Below are positions 53,216 through 56,468 of a DNA stretch of 56,468 nt, one piece after another (the stretch's first letter is position 1; every line of letters starts with the position of its first letter). Position numbers and translations under genes: made by a program. Under the pieces are notes generated by a model, which was given only the letters and a program-made list of their open reading frames with translations, ran no database searches and was not told the origin of the DNA. Source of the DNA: a virus (Duplodnaviria > Caudoviricetes). The DNA lies in IMG/VR virus record IMGVR_UViG_3300020282_000004, positions 1 to 56,468 of that record; one strand, given 5' to 3'.

Positions 53216-54964
53216 CTATCCTAGCATATCATCTTTTGTAAATATTTCTGTTATTGCTTCTGAATACTCATCTCCCCCAGTACCAAAAGCGTCAGTTCCT
53301 ACTACGCTTGTAGTCAACCATTCAAGTGCAGCTTCTGCGCCTTGATTGTGTGCATAACCTAAAACAGCAAGTTGATTTGCTTGATCCATTGCTCTATATT
53401 TTGCAGAGTTTTTAGTTAATTCACTATGATTAAATTCTGTAAGCTGTCTAAAAGCTTTTTCCTGTAGTTCACTATCTCCTCTATAATCAGCACGATTAGA
53501 AGGGTGATTTAGTTTAACTTTTTCTGCAGCAGTAAACACATCTACCATGTTGCCATCTGCATCTTCTACCCTTCTATTTTTTATGGTGTCCTTGGCATCT
53601 TTACCTAGTTGATATTTTCCATCATATGCGTTGTTAAAGCCACCTATTGCTGCATAAGGTTCAGCCTCACCACCACTTTCTATTTTTGCTATAGGTGCTT
53701 TTATTATTTCAAACAGTCCATCTTGCAAAGGTGTTACTGTAGCTGTAGAGTCTTTACCTTCTTTGTTATTAAATCTATTATTCTTTAATGCCTTTTCAGT
53801 AGCTTCATCAACTGGTTGCCCTGCTGCTGCAGTTACTGGTAGACCTGCTGTTGCCTGAAACTTTCTTAGTTGTCTGGCTGTTCCTCTACCTAATTTACCA
53901 TCTACTGTTAGATCACCAATAAGTGTTGTGTATCCTAGATCATTCAATCTTTTCTGAACCTTTTTTACCGATTCATAAGCTACACGATCAGATTCAACAT
54001 CTGATGTATCAAAGTCATCCTCAACAATATTTGTTTTTGACATAAGTCCTCTGACCATTTGCGGCACATCATCATATCCTGTTACAGATTGTGCGTCTTC
54101 GCCTAGCTCTGGTTCAAATATACGTTGATCCATAGGTACACCAGACTGAGAGAACTTTGCGTCTGGGTCTACGCTATCAACAAGATCTTTTACTCTTTCT
54201 ATTTCTTGAGGTGGTGGTATAATAAGAGTTTCACCTGTATATATACGATCTTTGTCTTCTATTTTATTTATCTTTACTAAGTCATCTACAGTAACACCTT
54301 CCCTTTGAGCAATCTCAGATAGAGTATCTCCTCTTTTTATGGTGTACTCTTTGCCACCTAGTCCTCTTTCTTTTAAGAAAGTATTGACAGCATTCTTAAC
54401 TAAGTTTTTATTAGCGCTAGAAGGTGGTATTTCATCATACGTACTACCGTAAGCCGTATAAACAAGGGGTGGCGCTTTACTATAATCCACTGCGTCCCTT
54501 ATTCTGGCATCCATTGCTGCAACATCTATAGGTATGTTGTCACGCACTTCTTTCATAGTCATAAAGGGGTACGAACTTACTATCCTACCTTCATAAGGTT
54601 TAAACATTGGCCCTTTATATACAGCCTTACCATCTACTTTTACTTCCTTTGGATCTTCTGCACCAAATGATTTCATTAAGTCAATAAATTTATTTTTTAC
54701 TTTTTCTATATTGGATGGATCTGCAGGTTTACTTGGTGTAGGCGTAGGAACTTCATCATATGTACTACCTCGTTCAAAAGGTCTTGACACTGGTTTAGCG
54801 CCTATGCCTTTTGTAGGGCTACCACCAAAACGTTCTGCAGGGTCTGCTCCCATACCACTAAAACCACTAGACCTAGATGGTTTAGGGTCTGTCCTTTTAG
54901 TAGATGGACGTGACCTACCATACTGATCATACATTTGTTTTTGTGAAAACTTTGGATCGTACAT
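53216..54964 (-). CDS. LysM + peptidoglycan-binding + lysozyme-like protein (virion lysin or endolysin)
   Basis: YTIKRGDTLSEIA...N.I...DRIYTGETLIIP (LysM); VKKVQKRLNDLGY...VDGKLG.GT...FQ (PG-binding); IAKIESGG...GKYQ (lysozyme-like); start ATG 54964. Confidence 0.8.
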   Translation of the reverse strand: MYDPKFSQKQMYDQYGRSRPSTKRTDPKPSRSSGFSGMGADPAERFGGSPTKGIGAKPVSRPFERGSTYDEVPTPTPSKPADPSNIEKVKNKFIDLMKSFGAEDPKEVKVDGKAVYKGPMFKPYEGRIVSSYPFMTMKEVRDNIPIDVAAMDARIRDAVDYSKAPPLVYTAYGSTYDEIPPSSANKNLVKNAVNTFLKERGLGGKEYTIKRGDTLSEIAQREGVTVDDLVKINKIEDKDRIYTGETLIIPPPQEIERVKDLVDSVDPDAKFSQSGVPMDQRIFEPELGEDAQSVTGYDDVPQMVRGLMSKTNIVEDDFDTSDVESDRVAYESVKKVQKRLNDLGYTTLIGDLTVDGKLGRGTARQLRKFQATAGLPVTAAAGQPVDEATEKALKNNRFNNKEGKDSTATVTPLQDGLFEIIKAPIAKIESGGEAEPYAAIGGFNNAYDGKYQLGKDAKDTIKNRRVEDADGNMVDVFTAAEKVKLNHPSNRADYRGDSELQEKAFRQLTEFNHSELTKNSAKYRAMDQANQLAVLGYAHNQGAEAALEWLTTSVVGTDAFGTGGDEYSEAITEIFTKDDMLG

Positions 54965-54974
54965 TGTTATACCC

Positions 54975-56468
54975 TTATAATTTGATTGGTAGGTACTTGC
55001 CGATAATATAAGCGGCTGCGCCTGTAACAAGCTCACCAACAAAACTACCAGCAGCAGTTTCAAGAAGATTATTTGCATCTCCACTTGCGTCTATTTGTGC
55101 CTCTGCTAATTTTGTTATTCTGTCTCTTTCGCTTTCGCCAGACTGCCATGCCCATGCTAACAGATCACGCTCACGTTGTATAGCATTATTATACATTGTA
55201 GATGTAAGATTGTTTGCAACTAGTGCTGCATCTCTGTTTGCTTGGTTAGCTGCTGCATTAGCTGCTGTAGTAATAGCTTGCGCCCATGCAGCGTTTGCTT
55301 GTGCAACTATTAAGTGATTCTGTGCATTGAACTGGTCACGTGCATTATTCTGTGCAGCGTTAAATTGAGAAATAGCATTGACCTCTCCAGCATTGAAACG
55401 GTTGATAGCATTAATCTGCTCTGCGTTAAACCTTTGTACCTGTGAACCTAGTCCTGCAAAGAACTGGTCTGTTTGATTTTGGGATGTAGCATTAAATTGC
55501 AGTGCGGCATTTATTGCAGCAGAATCGCTTAGTATAGACTGAGAAGTTTCTTGAGCTTTAAGAACCTGCATCTGCTGTTCATTGCTTAAATTAGACAAGT
55601 CCATTTGTAAGAAAGACTTAGCATTCTGTACATTAGCAGCCTGTCTGTTGTTTAAGTTAGCTAAATCTATCTGTGATAGTAAAGCAGCATCTGCCATAAC
55701 TTTTGCTTGTCTGTTATCTAAGTTAGCTAAGTCTACAGTCTGCGCCATCCTAGCATTCTCTAGTGCTATCTGTTGTTCTGCACTAAAGTTTATGTTTGCT
55801 ATCTCAGATATACGTGCTGCATTTCTTACTTTTGTTTGGAACTCTTGATCAAACTCCATGCCTAAGAAGGTGGCACGTTGTTCAGCATTAAGTAAAGCTA
55901 CTTCCTGTTTGTTGGATGCATCTATCTGTGCGATAGGTAGTGCTGCTTCCATACCTGCCTGTACAATAGCCATACCTGCCATACTAGAAGCTGACAATCC
56001 ACGTGCAGCCATTGCTGCTGCTGCATTACGCATAGCACCTGCTGCCCATGAGGGTGGATTACCACCTTGAAAGTCCTGCATCAAAGTATCTAGCTCAGTC
56101 TTTACAGATGCAGCTTCGTTCTTTGCTATAGTAGAATCTACTCTTCCCTGATCTACAGTAGAGCCAGATATTAGTTGATCTTGTGTTACCTTCAATGGGT
56201 CAGGAGCATCTACTGTTTGCGGCTGTCCTATTTGTGCAGCTTGTAGTTGTAATGCTGCTGCTGTTAATGGGTTCATTTGTGCAGGGTCAACAATAGAATC
56301 AGGACTTAATTGTCCTTGGGCAGCTAAATAGTTTTGTAAAGCTGTTTGTAAGGCTTGCTGCGATTCGTATGCCTGATACTGCGCTGGTGTCATAGCAGCA
56401 ATTTCTTCTGCTGTTGCAGTTTGTCCTGCTATTGCAGCCAGTGCTTGTGCTGCTGGTCCTGCTTGACC
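54975..56468 (-). CDS. internal virion (ejection) protein, 3' part; runs off the right edge
   Basis: Frame open to 56468; PSWAAGAMRNA, GLSASSMAG, ALPIAQ.DA, N/Q/A-rich QFNA repeats. Confidence 0.7.
   Translation of the reverse strand, partial: GQAGPAAQALAAIAGQTATAEEIAAMTPAQYQAYESQQALQTALQNYLAAQGQLSPDSIVDPAQMNPLTAAALQLQAAQIGQPQTVDAPDPLKVTQDQLISGSTVDQGRVDSTIAKNEAASVKTELDTLMQDFQGGNPPSWAAGAMRNAAAAMAARGLSASSMAGMAIVQAGMEAALPIAQIDASNKQEVALLNAEQRATFLGMEFDQEFQTKVRNAARISEIANINFSAEQQIALENARMAQTVDLANLDNRQAKVMADAALLSQIDLANLNNRQAANVQNAKSFLQMDLSNLSNEQQMQVLKAQETSQSILSDSAAINAALQFNATSQNQTDQFFAGLGSQVQRFNAEQINAINRFNAGEVNAISQFNAAQNNARDQFNAQNHLIVAQANAAWAQAITTAANAAANQANRDAALVANNLTSTMYNNAIQRERDLLAWAWQSGESERDRITKLAEAQIDASGDANNLLETAAGSFVGELVTGAAAYIIGKYLPIKL

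Noticed and set aside
54965-55084. Signal-peptide-like N-terminal extension of the LysM lysin
   Set aside because: Overlaps the upstream gene's 3' end; the ATG at 54964 has its own RBS and fits the gene tiling better
47926-56070. + strand ORFs including the 287 aa 49135-49998
   Set aside because: Antisense to the internal virion genes; S/L/A-rich composition typical of shadow frames

Overview
A near-complete ~56 kb genome of a marine alphaproteobacterial podovirus of the HMO-2011 type (Roseobacter/SAR116-type phages). The contig is broken inside one internal-virion gene that runs off both ends. A ~1.2 kb non-coding control region (28816-30003) separates two arms. The rightward arm (+, 30004-47259) holds small early genes, a tyrosine integrase, primase, SF4 helicase, family A DNA polymerase with a DnaJ-like zinc-finger insert, a putative SSB, nucleases, a small membrane-protein cassette with DoxX, and a class II RNR. 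The leftward arm (-, 28815 to 1, continuing 56468 to 47271) holds an envelope/secreted cassette, basic peptides, terminase, portal, scaffold, major capsid, a modular fibre/adhesin cluster, tail adaptor/nozzle, a LysM muralytic protein and internal virion proteins. I found no RNA polymerase, CI-like repressor, tRNA or CRISPR array. The most notable observations are: (1) two perfect alphaproteobacterial LexA-type boxes (GAAC-N7-GAAC) in the control region of an integrase-carrying phage with no recognisable repressor; (2) a CtaH (aa3 oxidase subunit IV)-like peptide in a membrane cassette with DoxX; (3) short peptide tags shared between unrelated virion proteins; (4) a four-copy TTGACA-N16-TAYAACT promoter class; (5) a hidden gene upstream of terL with no canonical start codon; (6) a four-level nested domain insertion in the nozzle protein. 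All family assignments come from recognising motifs by eye, not from database searches.
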